From NCBI RefSeq assembly GCF_004010195.1, contig NC_057749.1, positions 9,770,728 through 9,834,727 of the forward strand: a stretch of DNA of 64,000 nucleotides, written 5' to 3'. This stretch comes from Chiloscyllium plagiosum. Its lineage: Eukaryota. A program made the position numbers and the translations under genes. The notes below the pieces were generated by a model. It made no database searches. It had not been told where the DNA came from and worked only from the letters and a program-made list of their open reading frames with translations. Numbering within the stretch: position 1 is the first letter of the stretch; each line of letters begins with the position of its first letter. Below are positions 36,861 through 49,599 of this stretch, piece after piece.

Positions 36861-39448
36861 TCATATTCCATTTGATAACACAAATTCATTTCTGGTGGTA
36901 ACATTTTTCCTTAAAATATTTCATGCAGGGAAATGTAGGCACCAAATTGTTCGTATTTTCCAGCCTGTGTATTATGCCTATGTTTTGCCACTTGGGTAAC
37001 ATTGGTAAAACTGGATGATGAGAAATTGTAGTTGCACTGTTTTGGGTGCATTTTACTTGCCGTTAAATTCGCAGTCATGATGCACTGGATGAAATCTATG
37101 TGGTTTATGTTCTAATTTCTAACTTGTGCAATTGCTGCTGATTGATACATGCAATATCAAGTTGTCATTTCCCTCAATATTATCATTTTAACTTGAAGTT
37201 AATTCCAAATTTTCAAATTTTTCAAGAATTAATTTTGAAGGAAGAACTGAAACCTATTCATTTATTATGATTTGGATGAGGCAGACATTTAATTCAGACC
37301 CCACCCATGCTCACATTTCTTTCCTGTGCAGGCGTTGAAAGCAATCCATATCCCAGTTCAGTGACCAGCGAATCATCTTGAAGTGTTTTTATGTATCATC
37401 TGTAATTCATTTATATTGTTTTAGATCTCGGTTTTCATTTGACATAAGTAAAGATGTAGAAAATGATTGCTATTTAAAGTTACATTGCAAAATGAGAATA
37501 GAATGCATGAAACAATTTTTGTACGTTCAGCTGCAGACAGAAAATGTTAATGACTTCAGCTAGACTGTCTTCATTGGCCAAATGGTTATCAGTTGTGGAG
37601 GGAGAACTGGATTGTTATTGGTTTAGGAATTTAACTGGAAGACAGAGTGCTTGATGGCTGCATCAGAATCTGCCCACTGATGTATGTGCAAAATCTGCAT
37701 TGCACATAGTTTTTCCAGCACAGGCACCATGAACAGTTGCACTGGACTGAGCATATTGAAAAGACTTAGCAACTGAAATAATGCATGCAAAATCCCAGAG
37801 ACTTGCGGAGATTTTGTTGTTCTTGATCTTCCTTTGTGACAGCAGAAGTGTAGTACTCGCCTGTGCTCTGACAGACAGCCAGCTACAAGGATTTGCAGGC
37901 AAGTATTGGTACCAAAACTCTCGACCAAATGTGCGCCCTATCCCTTTTCCGCAGTATTTTGCCATTTAGCCTGACACGTTATAAAACTTACGAGGGATTC
38001 CCTGTATTTACTGTCAATTTTGTTTGCATAACCATGTGAGTACTGAAATTATTCTGAAGTGCTCAGGTCAGATGCGTCTCAAATGAGCTAGTTAAGCGTC
38101 ATGACGGTGGTTTCTTTTAGTAATTTAACTTTACAGCACTGCTATTAGAACATATTGATCATGGATGTCTTTTGTAGTTACCATTTTGTTGCTTTGGGGT
38201 GAGAGGGGCAGCAAATTTCATCAAGCTTATTGGAAAATGAGATTGCAGTCTGGTTTTTTATTAAGCTTTTTGGCGAATAAGCAATTAAAATGAGCTACAG
38301 AGATATTCTGACTTGTGTTTAAGATCAGAAAGTTGTCTTTTTTTTGAGCAGCAATAATGAGTACAAAGCATTAGTCCTCCTATGTTTTGGTGCTGTGACT
38401 GCAGAGTACTGCTGTTTTGTTTGAAGGAGTCAGTGCATACCCTCGGTACTGCATCAGTCTGCAAAAAAGGCCAGCCTAACTGCCTATGGTAAAACTGTGC
38501 ACTGGAGCGAGCTGTAATGCGATCAGCAGCTATCATTTGTGCACTGACGTATTGTTGGTGTTCTGCTAATTAGCTCTCTGCTGTGTGCTGCTTTACTTTG
38601 AAGGCTGGCGCTGTACATATTGAGAGGAATTTCTTGGTTGAGTCACCCATATTACCATCACTATAGATTGATTTAGCATCTTTGTCTCAAACCACTTTAT
38701 AAAAAGATTTTATAAATATACTAATGCCATGCAGAAGTGTTCGCTGTTTTCCCCTAAAAGGGAAAGTTACATTTTAATAATTCTGCTCTATAAGCCGAAA
38801 ATAATTGCTACTGTTTGGAACTTAGACTTTTTCATTTGGGGCATGACTTGCAAACCTCGCTGGATAGACCTTTGGGGGGAAAAGACAGGCCAGTCTAGAA
38901 CAATTGGTTTATTTAGGCTAAGATACTGTGCTGACCACTGAGACTGTAAATCTTGGTATCTCTTTGGAAATATCGAATTGCTCACGCAGCTCTTTCTAGC
39001 TTAGTGACTCCACCCGTTAAGTTCCGTGGGAGGACATATAGCAGCAGCTGCTCATTATGCTTTTTATATTGGTGTGGATCCAAAATGTCTAGTTTTTATG
39101 TACATCAGTGCACTTCAGGTTGGGTCCTTGAACAATACAGGGGAATTGAGGCTCTGTTAGAATGGGTATGCTGTGCTTGGCTGATTGAGAGCTTTGCTCA
39201 ATTTTCTGTGCATTTAGCACACAGAGGTACCAGCTGAGCTTGCTACCCTGAGATTTGGAAATAAGTACTCAAGGGCTTAAACTTGTAACTGGACAATTTA
39301 TGTTGCAAATTGTTATCAAGACAGACTGGTGAACAGAACTGTTTTACAAAATGGTAGAATTCTGTTTCGTTTTGTACTGAAAGTCAGTCCAGATCACAGT
39401 CAGCCATTGTGAGCAGTCACTAAATATGGCTAAGTGTCTTACCATATA

Positions 39449-39578
39449 CAGTACAGCCTTGATTATCCAAACAAGATTTCAAGGTCCCAATGCTTGGGTA
39501 AACTGTAATACCGGAACGTTCGATAATCCGAACAAAATACTCCCTGCCCGTGTTGTTTGGATAATCGAGGTTTCCCTT
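39449..39578. mobile_element. Small Tigger-like MITE related to 1592-2281
   Basis: TA-CAGTACAGCCTTGATTATCCAAACAA ... TTGTTTGGATAATCGAGGTTTCCCTT-TA; imperfect TIRs with the same ATTATCC(G/A)AAC motif. Confidence 0.7.
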
Positions 39579-39617
39579 TACAATAATGAAAATTGTGAAA
39601 GGTTAAACAATAAAGGG

Positions 39618-39907
39618 CTCAGTGGTTAGCACTGCTGCCTCACAGTGCCAGGAACTTGGGTTCAATCCATTCTCTGGGGGCTGTCTGTGCAAAGTTTGCA
39701 CACTCTCTCTGTGTCTGTGTGGGTATTCTATGGGTGCTCTAGTTTCCTCCCACTGTCCAAAAACGTGCAGGCTAGTTGGATTGGACAGACTAAATGCAGG
39801 GTGATTGGGCAGGTGGGTGGATCTGGGTGGGATGCTCTTCAGGGGGTCAGTATGGACCCAATGGGCGAAACAGCCTGCTTCCACACTGTAAGGATTCTGT
39901 GATTCTA
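39618..39907 (+). mobile_element. HE1-type SINE (diverged)
   Basis: CAGTGGTTAGCACTGCTGCCTCACAG head, GGGTTCAATCC, V-core remnant, CCACACTGTAAGGATTCT tail. Confidence 0.85.
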
Positions 39908-41390
39908 ATAAAGAGTACTGGACATAATTGTTTGCTATAGGATTATTTTGACACCCATTAATTGGCCTTGGCTTGTCCTACGAACTGTATTTAATGTTTG
40001 CCAGGAAGACACTTTTTTAAAAAAATAGAGGCAAAACACATTTAGTTAGTGTTGAAAGTATCCAAACTTTTCAGATAATTGTGCAACCCAGTCATTTTGC
40101 AATATATTCAGATTTTTTGGACTATAGCATAGGCCAGGTGACCATATCCTACTTTTCATACTTGGTTTTTACATCTGATTTGAGTATACTTGGGGAAAAA
40201 TTCATGTAGTCTATTATTTTGATTTTAGGATATTTTGTTTTGGAAATTGTATATTACTTTTAAAAGCGTGGTTGTGATGTGCCTGAATTGAGAATTGATT
40301 TATGCCATTGTAAATGGATGTGGACTGAAGTGCTTAGGTTGGATTAGAAGGTATATGTTTGCAACATGCAACTGTAAGTTAGTATTTTTACAAATATATA
40401 AAGATTGGCTCCAGTTCTGCCCTCACCAGTTGGCTTTCTGGAATACTCACGCCTTGTGGGACTGCCTTTTCTCAGAACATTAATTAGATTTTTAAATAAG
40501 ATTGTTGTGTCACTTGAAAAGAAAAAAATGAATGAATTGAAATTGGTATATCACGTGCTGTTTATTTCCTAAACAGACTGCTACAATTTCTTCCCCAGTT
40601 AAAAGGATGTTCCTTGCTTGTTTTTAGGTTTCAGGGGAGGCCCTCCATTTTAGGTATCTACTCTGATCATGGGTACTGTAGCTTGGACCAATATTCTTCT
40701 CTACTTGGTAATTAATTAGCTGTAAAGCACTTTGAGAAACTCCGAGCACACACTGTGCTGCTACAGCAATATAAATTATACGAGGATTGGCTCCAGTCTT
40801 ATCCTAGGGCTACATTATTCTTGAAAGATGACTCCTGACTGAGTATTCAGGCAGTAAAGGCAAGTCCTTGTTGTCGAGGTTTGAATTGGCACCCACTTTG
40901 TAAGTTAAATTTTCCATGTAGAATAACAAAGCTGTTTCAAGATGCATGCGGGACATTCTGTAACTCGGAAAAGTTATTGCCTCTCATTATGGAGTGCCTT
41001 CTTCCATTCAAACACCCGACTGTGCTTCACGCTATGAATTTTAGTGATATACAACAATGCCCTGTGGGGGCAATATTTCTCAGAGCCATAGATGATGTGG
41101 CTGGCCAGTTAATTTATTTGATAGTACAGTATTTGTCCAATGTTCTTTGTTATCTTGGGAAGGCTTATAGTAGTTTTCCACTTGAATTTCGTCAGGCAAG
41201 AAATGTTTCTTTCAAAAGGTAAAAGGTGGTCTACTTAGACTGTTTTGACATTCTTTTGCCTGTGCATTGTTGCTAGGTTTAGATTCTTTAGTAGTATTTG
41301 CTCCTTTGTGGGTTTGATTTCAGGAAAACTGTTACATTGTCGTCCCATTTCCTTATCCCCGCATCAGTTGAAGCAAACACTCAAAGAAGC

Positions 41391-41559
41391 TAAAAATCAC
41401 ACAACACCAGGTTATAGTCCAACACTGATTGTCACCTGATGAAGGAGCGTCGCTCCGAAAGCTAGTGTGCTTCCAATTAAACCTGTTGGACTATAACCTG
41501 GTGTTGTGTGATTTTTAACTTTGTACACCCCAGTCCAACACCGGCATCTCCGAATCATG
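41391..41559 (+). mobile_element. Young 169-bp Penelope-like insertion with inverted terminus and 12-bp TSD
   Basis: TSD ACTCAAAGAAGC at 41379-41390 and 41560-41571; perfect 34-bp inverted repeat at 41391-41424 and 41484-41517, plus a 42-nt 3' extension. Confidence 0.88.
41433..41467 (+). ncRNA. Minimal type I hammerhead ribozyme-like motif
   Basis: CAC-CUGAUGA-A-GGAGC(GUC)GCUCC-GAAA-GC-UA-GUG: stem I CAC/GUG, 5-bp stem II, palindromic AGCU, CUA triplet. Confidence 0.7.
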
Positions 41560-42089
41560 ACTCAAAGAAGCAGTATGGCTCTACCTTTTTTACCTTTATT
41601 CCAAGCCATGGAGACAGAGCGACCACCCATGCGCACAAAGATATGAGTTCTCGATCTTCTCTCGAGTAGCAGATTCTCAAGGAATCATATAGTCACTTAC
41701 AGGGAGCAGCGTCCAAATAAGGCAACATCCAGCAAGCATCAACAGTAAAGATTAAGCCATCTGGCATTACGCAATGGATGTTCTTTACCTCTGTTAAACT
41801 ACTACCTTTACCTCTAACACCTCATTGTTTATTGCAAGCTCTTATCTGGTCAGTCATTTTAGCTGAGCCTTTGTTAAGCAACCCTAAACTTAACTCTTTC
41901 CCTACCTGCTCGTACCTTATACCCATTCTCAACATAATTACATATGTTTGGGTGTAATACTAAATAATTTTGCCACATTTCACTGTATATTTAAAGACTC
42001 ATTGATTTGTTACTGTCTTTTTAATGCAAAGTACATGGATTTAGTTATTCAACTCTGATTATTACTGTCATTGAGATTCCATTCATGAA

Positions 42090-43975
42090 CAAATGCTCAT
42101 TGAAAACTACACAAACTCTTAATTTCTCTCTCATCTTCGATTTGTACTAGTGACACGAATCTGTTGCAATTGTAAACTTTACTAGACTTTTGTTCCCAAC
42201 TCTGGTATGGTGTTGTATAATCAGTATGTATTTTTCAAATGAATTATTTAATCCTGCAGTTCTTTGGTTCATGAATAACTTGTTGATCTTTTAATTGATT
42301 ATCTTGAGGGCTTCCTATTCTACCATAATGATGCTACTTGCCTTTTTGGCTGTTTCGCAGCTAGCTCAATGCAGTGGCACCGCATTAAAAATACCTGAGG
42401 ATGAAACAAAACATAAAGTTTGTTTAAGGGGATGAAGTAAAATGTGGGGCCTATTTATTTTATGGTGGATAGCATGATGCTGAAACTGTAGGTCATAACA
42501 TCCAGAAGTTATGAACTCTGATGTTTGAGTTTGAATAAATATACAGCAATTCCTATTTTAGTCTTTTAGTTTTTTTTGTTGAAACTTTTAATTTATTACT
42601 TCCATGGTCTCCTGGCAACTGTCATTATAGTGGTTTCACGTGAGTGAAATAACCAATGAGTGAAGAGAATGAGCTGGTGTTACAGTGGGAGTTCATCAAC
42701 AGCTTTTTTTTGTGGCCTTTTAACATAACTTCCCACAGTGCTTTGTGGCAAAAGTATGGGGAATGACTAAAAGTTGCTTTCAATCTGTTAGAGTATTAAA
42801 GTCAGAAAGAATTTTTGGGAGGGAACTACACACCGGAAACAGGCCTGTGAATGGTTGATTACTCAGGTAATGCATGTGAGGGATGCCAGGCTGGAGCTAT
42901 GGAATGCAGAATTTCTGAAGTGCTGCAAGAGTGGAGGCTTTGGGTGGAGGTTTTCAGAGTGAAGGTTTTCAAGATGAGGATGCAAATGTTAAATTGTTTT
43001 CAATCAAATGTGATCTTTGAAATACCAAATACAAAATAAAAATAAATCCCTTTGCAGGGTTCCAGAGCCATCCATCAGACGAGTATTCTGCTAAGTTTGG
43101 TTATTTTCCACAACAGTGCTGTGACATTCTTTTGAACTATGGCGAGGCAGGTTGTGGGGACAGGAAGGAAAGTGCAATTGAGACTGAGATCAGATCAGCT
43201 GTAGTCTTGAATGGTGGAGCAGATTCAAGGGCCTTTGCGTCCTCCTATTTTTTTCATCCAAGAGTTGTGTTAATGGCAACATTTGTGGATCCCTGGTAAC
43301 GCTTGTATTGAGTGTTGAGAGCAGTTAAGAGTGAACTTCATTGCTGTGAGTCTGGAGTCACATGTAAGAATAGCAGATTTTGTTCCTTGAAGGACATTGG
43401 TGAACCAGATAGATTTTTGTGACATTTGGTAGTTTTGTGACACCATTACTGAGGCATGCTTAGAATTACAGATTATATTAATTGAGCTTAAATTCCACCA
43501 GCTGTCACGGGGCTTTAAACCCATCCTGGACTTGTGGATTACGAATCCAGTATCACTAATAGTGCATCACAATTTCTTATTGAGTTTAAATGCTGTTCCT
43601 CGCACCGTTTGAATGTTCTGACCCATAGTTCCAGCAGCATGTTACTGATCCATAAAATAAAATGACTTCATGTTGTTTCATCCTCTGCTTTTTTTTAATA
43701 TTGTGCCAATTCATTGAGCTGGCTGTGAAACAGCCAAAACAGCAAAAGTCTCCATAGTGGTAGAATAGAAAGTCCTCAACATAATCGCCATTAAAAGTCC
43801 TACGGATTGTTCATGAATTCTAGAACTCGGGGATGAAAGAATTTATTTGAAAATACATACTGATTATACAGCATCTTCCCGAGTCAGTAAAGTTTACAAA
43901 ATGGAATTGATTCACATCACCAAGTACAAATCGGAGATGTGTCTGCAATGACGAGCTTGTGTAGAATTTAGTTAG
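42090..43975. repeat. Long diverged inverted repeat (arms about 42090-42510 and 43600-43975)
   Basis: Multiple collinear blocks, e.g. GTATAATCAGTATGTATTTT vs AAAATACATACTGATTATAC; TTTTGGCTGTTTC vs GAAACAGCCAAAA; GAGGATGAAACAA vs TTGTTTCATCCTC. Confidence 0.85.
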
Positions 43976-44148
43976 GAATGTGCAAAATTACTACTGCATT
44001 ATGCCATAATATATTTTGGTCAAAGCCCTCTGGTCCCTCTTCCAACTTGCAAAAGAATAAACCAACCGTGAAAAATTCTGAAGTCATATCTGTATGACAT
44101 CGAAGTAGTTATTGTATTGAAATGTCAGCTACGATCTACCTCCTTTTT

Positions 44149-44475
44149 TTAGATTTTAGATTACATTACAGTGTGGAAACAGCCCCTTCGGCCCAACAAG
44201 TCCACACCGACCTGCCGAAGCACAACCACCCATACCCCTACATTTACCTCTTACCTGACACTACGGGCAAGTTAGCATGGCCAATTCACCTTACTGCACA
44301 TCTTTGGGCTGTGGGAGGAAACCGGAGCACCCGGAGGAAACCCACACAGACACAGGGAGAACTCCACACAGTCAGTGTGCAAACTCCACACAGTCAGTCG
44401 CCTGAGGTGGGAATTGAACCCGGGTCTCTGGCGCTGTGAGGCAGCAGTGCTTACCACTGTGCCACCGTGCCACCC
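44149..44475 (-). mobile_element. HE1-type SINE, full length
   Basis: Reverse complement of the 34803 copy; contains an internal duplication of AACTCCACACAGTCAGT. Confidence 0.93.
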
Positions 44476-47400
44476 ACGCACTGTTAAATTAAATAATGTC
44501 ATCCTGCAGAACTCTGGCTCTCAAATTTGGCATGAGAATGACTTCAAAATTGTTGCCTATTTTGTATCATCTGGTACACAGATTGAAAGTGTTTGTTGTG
44601 TTTTATTCTTATGGAGCACTCTGGATATGACGTGTTGGGAGCAGTTGGAAAATCTGGGAGATTGATGGGAGAATGCGAATTTGTTCATTCCACCATCCTT
44701 TAATGAGACATTTCCAAATTGTACTTTTCGAATGGGAGACTTCTAGTATTCTGGACTATTCCTGAAGGCAATCTGGTCTGTTTCTTCACTGTTGTTTGCA
44801 AGGTGAATTCCCAGCTATCTAGTTTCCGTACCCTTGTAGAAGGTTTTAGATAACAATATCCTCATTTTCATTTTGCTCTTCCGTTGTTCATTAGTGATAG
44901 GGAGGTGGGGTGAAAGGAAGATGTATTGAAAAGATTTGTTTTTGATTTTTTTCACCCTCTTAGTATGCGGACACATTATATAACAATTTCTTGTTGCTTT
45001 TATGTTTAATTTGAGATGTTTCAAATTCCAAACATTCATGGCTGAAGGGTTAAACCTCAGACCGCATTATTGCATACACCAGATGGTAGCACTTCATCAG
45101 TGTATTAATAAACTGCATTAATGAGTTTTAAATACTTGATCTGTATCAATTTATTTTAACACATCGTAAAAACAATTTATCACTACTTTCATCTTCTATA
45201 TAATGGTACAATCAGTTTTTTTTTCCCAGTTGGTTTAAAATGAGCTTGCAATTTGAGGTTTTCTGTTACATTTTCGTGAGATAGTGCGTTGTTTGATTAA
45301 GTAGTTTCTTGTAGTTCTGTACAAACGTCTTTAGTATTTTTCTGAATGTAAAATCTGATCTAGCAAATGGCTGTACGACATTATTGAACCCTTTTCACTG
45401 TCGATGGTTACGAGGTTTCCTGCAGCACGTGGTGATCAAGCACTGTTTGGCAATGGAATTTTTTTCTCATGCTGGAGCAGTTTGGAAATGTGCTCTTAGG
45501 AAACAGTGTGCAAATGTGTTCCTTAAAGTGTCCTCTAAGCCTGGCTGCAGCAACAAAGTAGATTCAAGGCAGGAATTATGAAGTGATGAATTTTCCTCCT
45601 CCACTTTGGTATCTTACTCTGGGAGAGACAGAAATGAGGATTGTTCTGCATGTTTTAAGCCATGCACGGGCGAAGCTAATTTTATAATAGAACCTGATGG
45701 AATGATGATTTGAATTTTCCAAGACATTACTCCTAGATACTTGGCATTATAATTCCAGTGAATGAATGTAGGTGCGTCAAACAACCAACAGCAATATATA
45801 AGCTCCGGTTGGGCTTGAAACCTAAATAACTGGAGCTGAATCTCTTGGGTTAGTAAATTTTATTTTATTTAGTGTCTTTAGTTATATACTATTTTTTATC
45901 TATATTTTGTCAGAAAATTTGTTGTCATTATTAGGAGTTAAGGATATTTGCTGGGGAACTCCGTTTTTCTCTCTCTCTCTCACTCCCCACTTTCCTGTGG
46001 GGCAACATTTCTGCATTCATCTAATAAGGGAGGCAATTCAGCCTTTCATTTTATCAGGTTTTCCCCTGCTGTTGGCAGTTTCTCACCACATGCAATTAAT
46101 CTGAGTTAATTTCCTGTATTTATCTTTATTTCATTTTAAATATTTCTGCTTTCTTTAAACAAATGCAAACTCCTTCAGGCAAGGTATAAAATTAAAAGAA
46201 ATATCAAAGCTTCTGTTTGTGTTTTGTTTGCTGCTTGGAAATTAGGACAATTTTCTTTTGTAATTTGTGTGGCTAGTATGCATGCAAGTAAACCTCCCTT
46301 TTTAACAGTATATTCCCCTCCTCAATTCCGAAGACTCTTGCAGTGACTTTTTCCCCCTCTTGGATATTTTAGTAGTCAAAAGATGCTATGTTTGCGGTAG
46401 TATGGTGGCTTCCTCAAGAAAATTGTTCCAGATTTTAAGGTCTTTTAGTTCACAACTCCTGTATGAGCAAGAAGAAGTTATATTTATATAACATCTAAGA
46501 CACCACAATGGAACAACAAAATATGCTTCACATCTAATTAAGTACTGTATTTGGAGTATAATAACTAATCTGATGTCAGAAATGGATCTTAATTCCTTGT
46601 CGGTCTGTACCGGGTTCAAGCTGAGTTGACACTGGTGCAGTGCAGATATGCCCTTTGCTGCTAAGTTCTCATGTGGACCTCAAAAATGAAAGTCTGTTTG
46701 TCTACTGTTTAACTCTGAGGACCAAGACCATTGTATCAAACTAACCTGAATTCAGGGATTCCCTTTAGAGTGTCCGTATTTTAAATTGAGAAATTTATAA
46801 TTTGCAGTCTAAAATAATTGCTTTTCTATAACATGCGTGGTCACAATAATAACGGAGACCAGAAAAATGTTTTGTAAGACTGCATATTCTTATTTCCTAA
46901 ATGAATTTTTATCTGTTTTTTTTTTGTAACTTGTTTCAGTGAAATCTACTTTCGGGTTTGCTAGTTTGGTTCATGAAAATGTCATTATGACTACTCACAT
47001 CTCTGGATTAGAGTTAAAATCTCCACGAATGAACTTTTTAAAAAATAACTCAAAGGGCTTGATTTTATTTGGTGGATCAATAATGTTTTCATTTGTTTTG
47101 GCACTTGGGGGGGAAAAAAAATGCTTGTTTTCCAAATTTTGTTTGAAAATGTTAAAGCTGTTTTCTATTTTGTTGAGGACGTGACACAATCAATCTCACT
47201 AGATACTTTTAAAAATACTGTGTAGGAGTGAATAGTAATGGATTATACACATTGTCTATGTGGTGAAATCTTCAGTAAGATCAGAATGGATGGCCCAGAC
47301 TTTACAGAACATTGCAAATCTTGTACTGAATATAGGCTTCAAGCTGGTTAGAGTACCAGCATTATTGGTTAGTGATGTCATAATTGCTCTTGTATAGGTA

Positions 47401-48939
47401 ATAAAGGAGTTGAGAAAAGCAACTTAATTGCGTTTCACAACCTGGACAACTACTGTGAGAACTTTAATTGATGTAAAATGTCAAGTTCATCAGTGTTTGT
47501 GCAGCCAGTATAAGGGAACTGATATCAATGATGTTAATTCAAGAATTGACATTTGGATGCTGCTTTCCTGTCATCCGAACTAAGCAAGTGCTAATATTAA
47601 CACCTCTTCTGGTTTTTTTTTATTTTCTATGCTCTGATTTCACTCGTGCAAAGAGAAATTATCAATATTAGAATGTCAAAGAGATTGATGAGATAATTTA
47701 GAAGTAACTTCACCCAGAAAGTAAAGAGAATGTGGAATCTGTTATCGCAGGGAGTCACTGAATCGAATAATTAGTTGCGAGAATCCTTGTGACGATCAGA
47801 GGAAATTTATTAGAACAGTTCCAAGGCTGAGAGAGTTTATCTATGATGTTAGGAGCAAAAGAGATTGCAGGGAGATTTGATAAAGGTGTGCAAGATTGTG
47901 TTAGATTTCACTAAGATCGATAGATAGATCAATTGATAGATTCTTCATGATAGCTACTAGTACGAGACCGACAGTTTCAGATCTTGACCAAGGGAGGCAG
48001 GAGATGTAAAGGAGACGTTTTTTTACAAAGTGTGTGGTATTGTCCTGGGTGCTTCTGTCTACATCCAAACCTGGTAGATGTCGAGACACTTGATGTCAAA
48101 AGGAGATGTGTTGGGCCCTCCATTCACTAAGCTTGCAGGGCTAGGGAATTAAAGTAGGGGAATGGGACTGACCTATGGTGTTCCACAGAACCAGTGTAGT
48201 GTCAATTGTCTGGATAGTGCTCTTCTGTAGCATAAAGCATTGAGCAGAGAATTGAAACTGATCTATAGGAAATCCTTCCATACCATAACCTCGGAGTGAG
48301 GATTTTAGTGGATGTTAAAAGACTGCAAAAATAATGGAATTATGCTGATTGACTCAGGAGCAACAGAAAAGGTGGAATTGAAGCATATTTTTGGAATGAA
48401 GTGGTGGACTGAATTTTTGTTTCTCTATGCTATATATCCTAAGTAGTTTTGAGTATTTACTGTCTAAGCCTATATTCAACCAGCTTGTTTTAATTGAGTC
48501 TTTCTTTTCCTTTGGATTCATTACATGGTTTGTTCAGGGTGTCAGTAGATCAAGGTGCTTTGTCAGACAGAATTGTTTCTTCAAAGTTTGTGATTCAATT
48601 TCTGGATTCACATACTGGCACTCTTCCAAGATTAAACCTTTGAACATTATTTACACACAATTGGGTTAGTGGGTCTAAGGTTGAACACTCATAAAGATTG
48701 TCCTGCATCCTCAAGGAATTCTACTTTAATTTTCTGTAAATACTCCTATGTTGCATACAGCAGGGAAATGTAATTTTTATTAAAATTTTATTTCAAAATT
48801 TTTCTTTAAAAAAAAATTGGAGATGAGAATTGATTTGACTGGGAGAAGGCTTTGAGAGGTTGTTAGTTATTTGATGAAGCCTCCAGAAATATATTCACTG
48901 TGGTCTGTAATCTAGGACTGATTTTTTTTAAAAGGAGAA

Positions 48940-49335
48940 GCTAGTGCTTTTCACAACTGCCAGATGTATCAAGGCACTTTTTTTTTGATATTTTTGAGTT
49001 GCAGTCACTGCTGTAGTCCAGGAAATCAGGCAGCCAAATTGCACATAGGTCCCAAAGAGTACCGTGAGGTTTTGTTGAGGTATCCTTTTTTTGGGGGGAT
49101 GGTTGATGGATAAATATTATCTAGGGCAATGGAGATGACTAATCAATTCCTTCCTTGAAATTAATATTCTGAGATCTGTTACATCCACCTCAGCAGAAAG
49201 TTGGGACCTGGTTTAATTTCTAATCCAAAACATTATATATCCAGCTGTGAAGAACTTCTTTATTGATGTGGAATTGGACTTAAACTGGAAACATTGTGAT
49301 TTGACACAAGTATGTTGTTACTGAGCCATGGCTGA
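48940..49335 (-). mobile_element. Deu-domain SINE (SacSINE1-like), near full length, decayed
   Basis: On -: tRNA-like head TCAGCCATGGCTCAGT, TTAAACCAGGTCCC..CTGAGGTGGATGTAACAGATC, AATATTTATCC.TCAACCA, GTGCAATTTGGCTGCC, CAGTGACTGCAACTCAAAA, TGTGAAAAGCACTA. Confidence 0.7.
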
Positions 49336-49599
49336 ATGGCAAACAATGAGGTGCAGAGCGCTGGACAAACTCAACATTGGTGAAGAGATCTCTGTTTTTG
49401 TCTCCATGCATGCTGCCAGACCGGCTGAGTTTCTCCACCACCACCTTTTTGTTTCAAATCTCAAGAAATCCACAGTTCTTTGTTTTAGAATATGACTTTA
49501 AAAATGGAGTAACATGATGGACTAAAGTTTATGCCAAATATTGTTCTGGCCTCAAAGGGTTGCAAAGGTTAGATTCCAAACAACAGTGGCTGCATTTCA

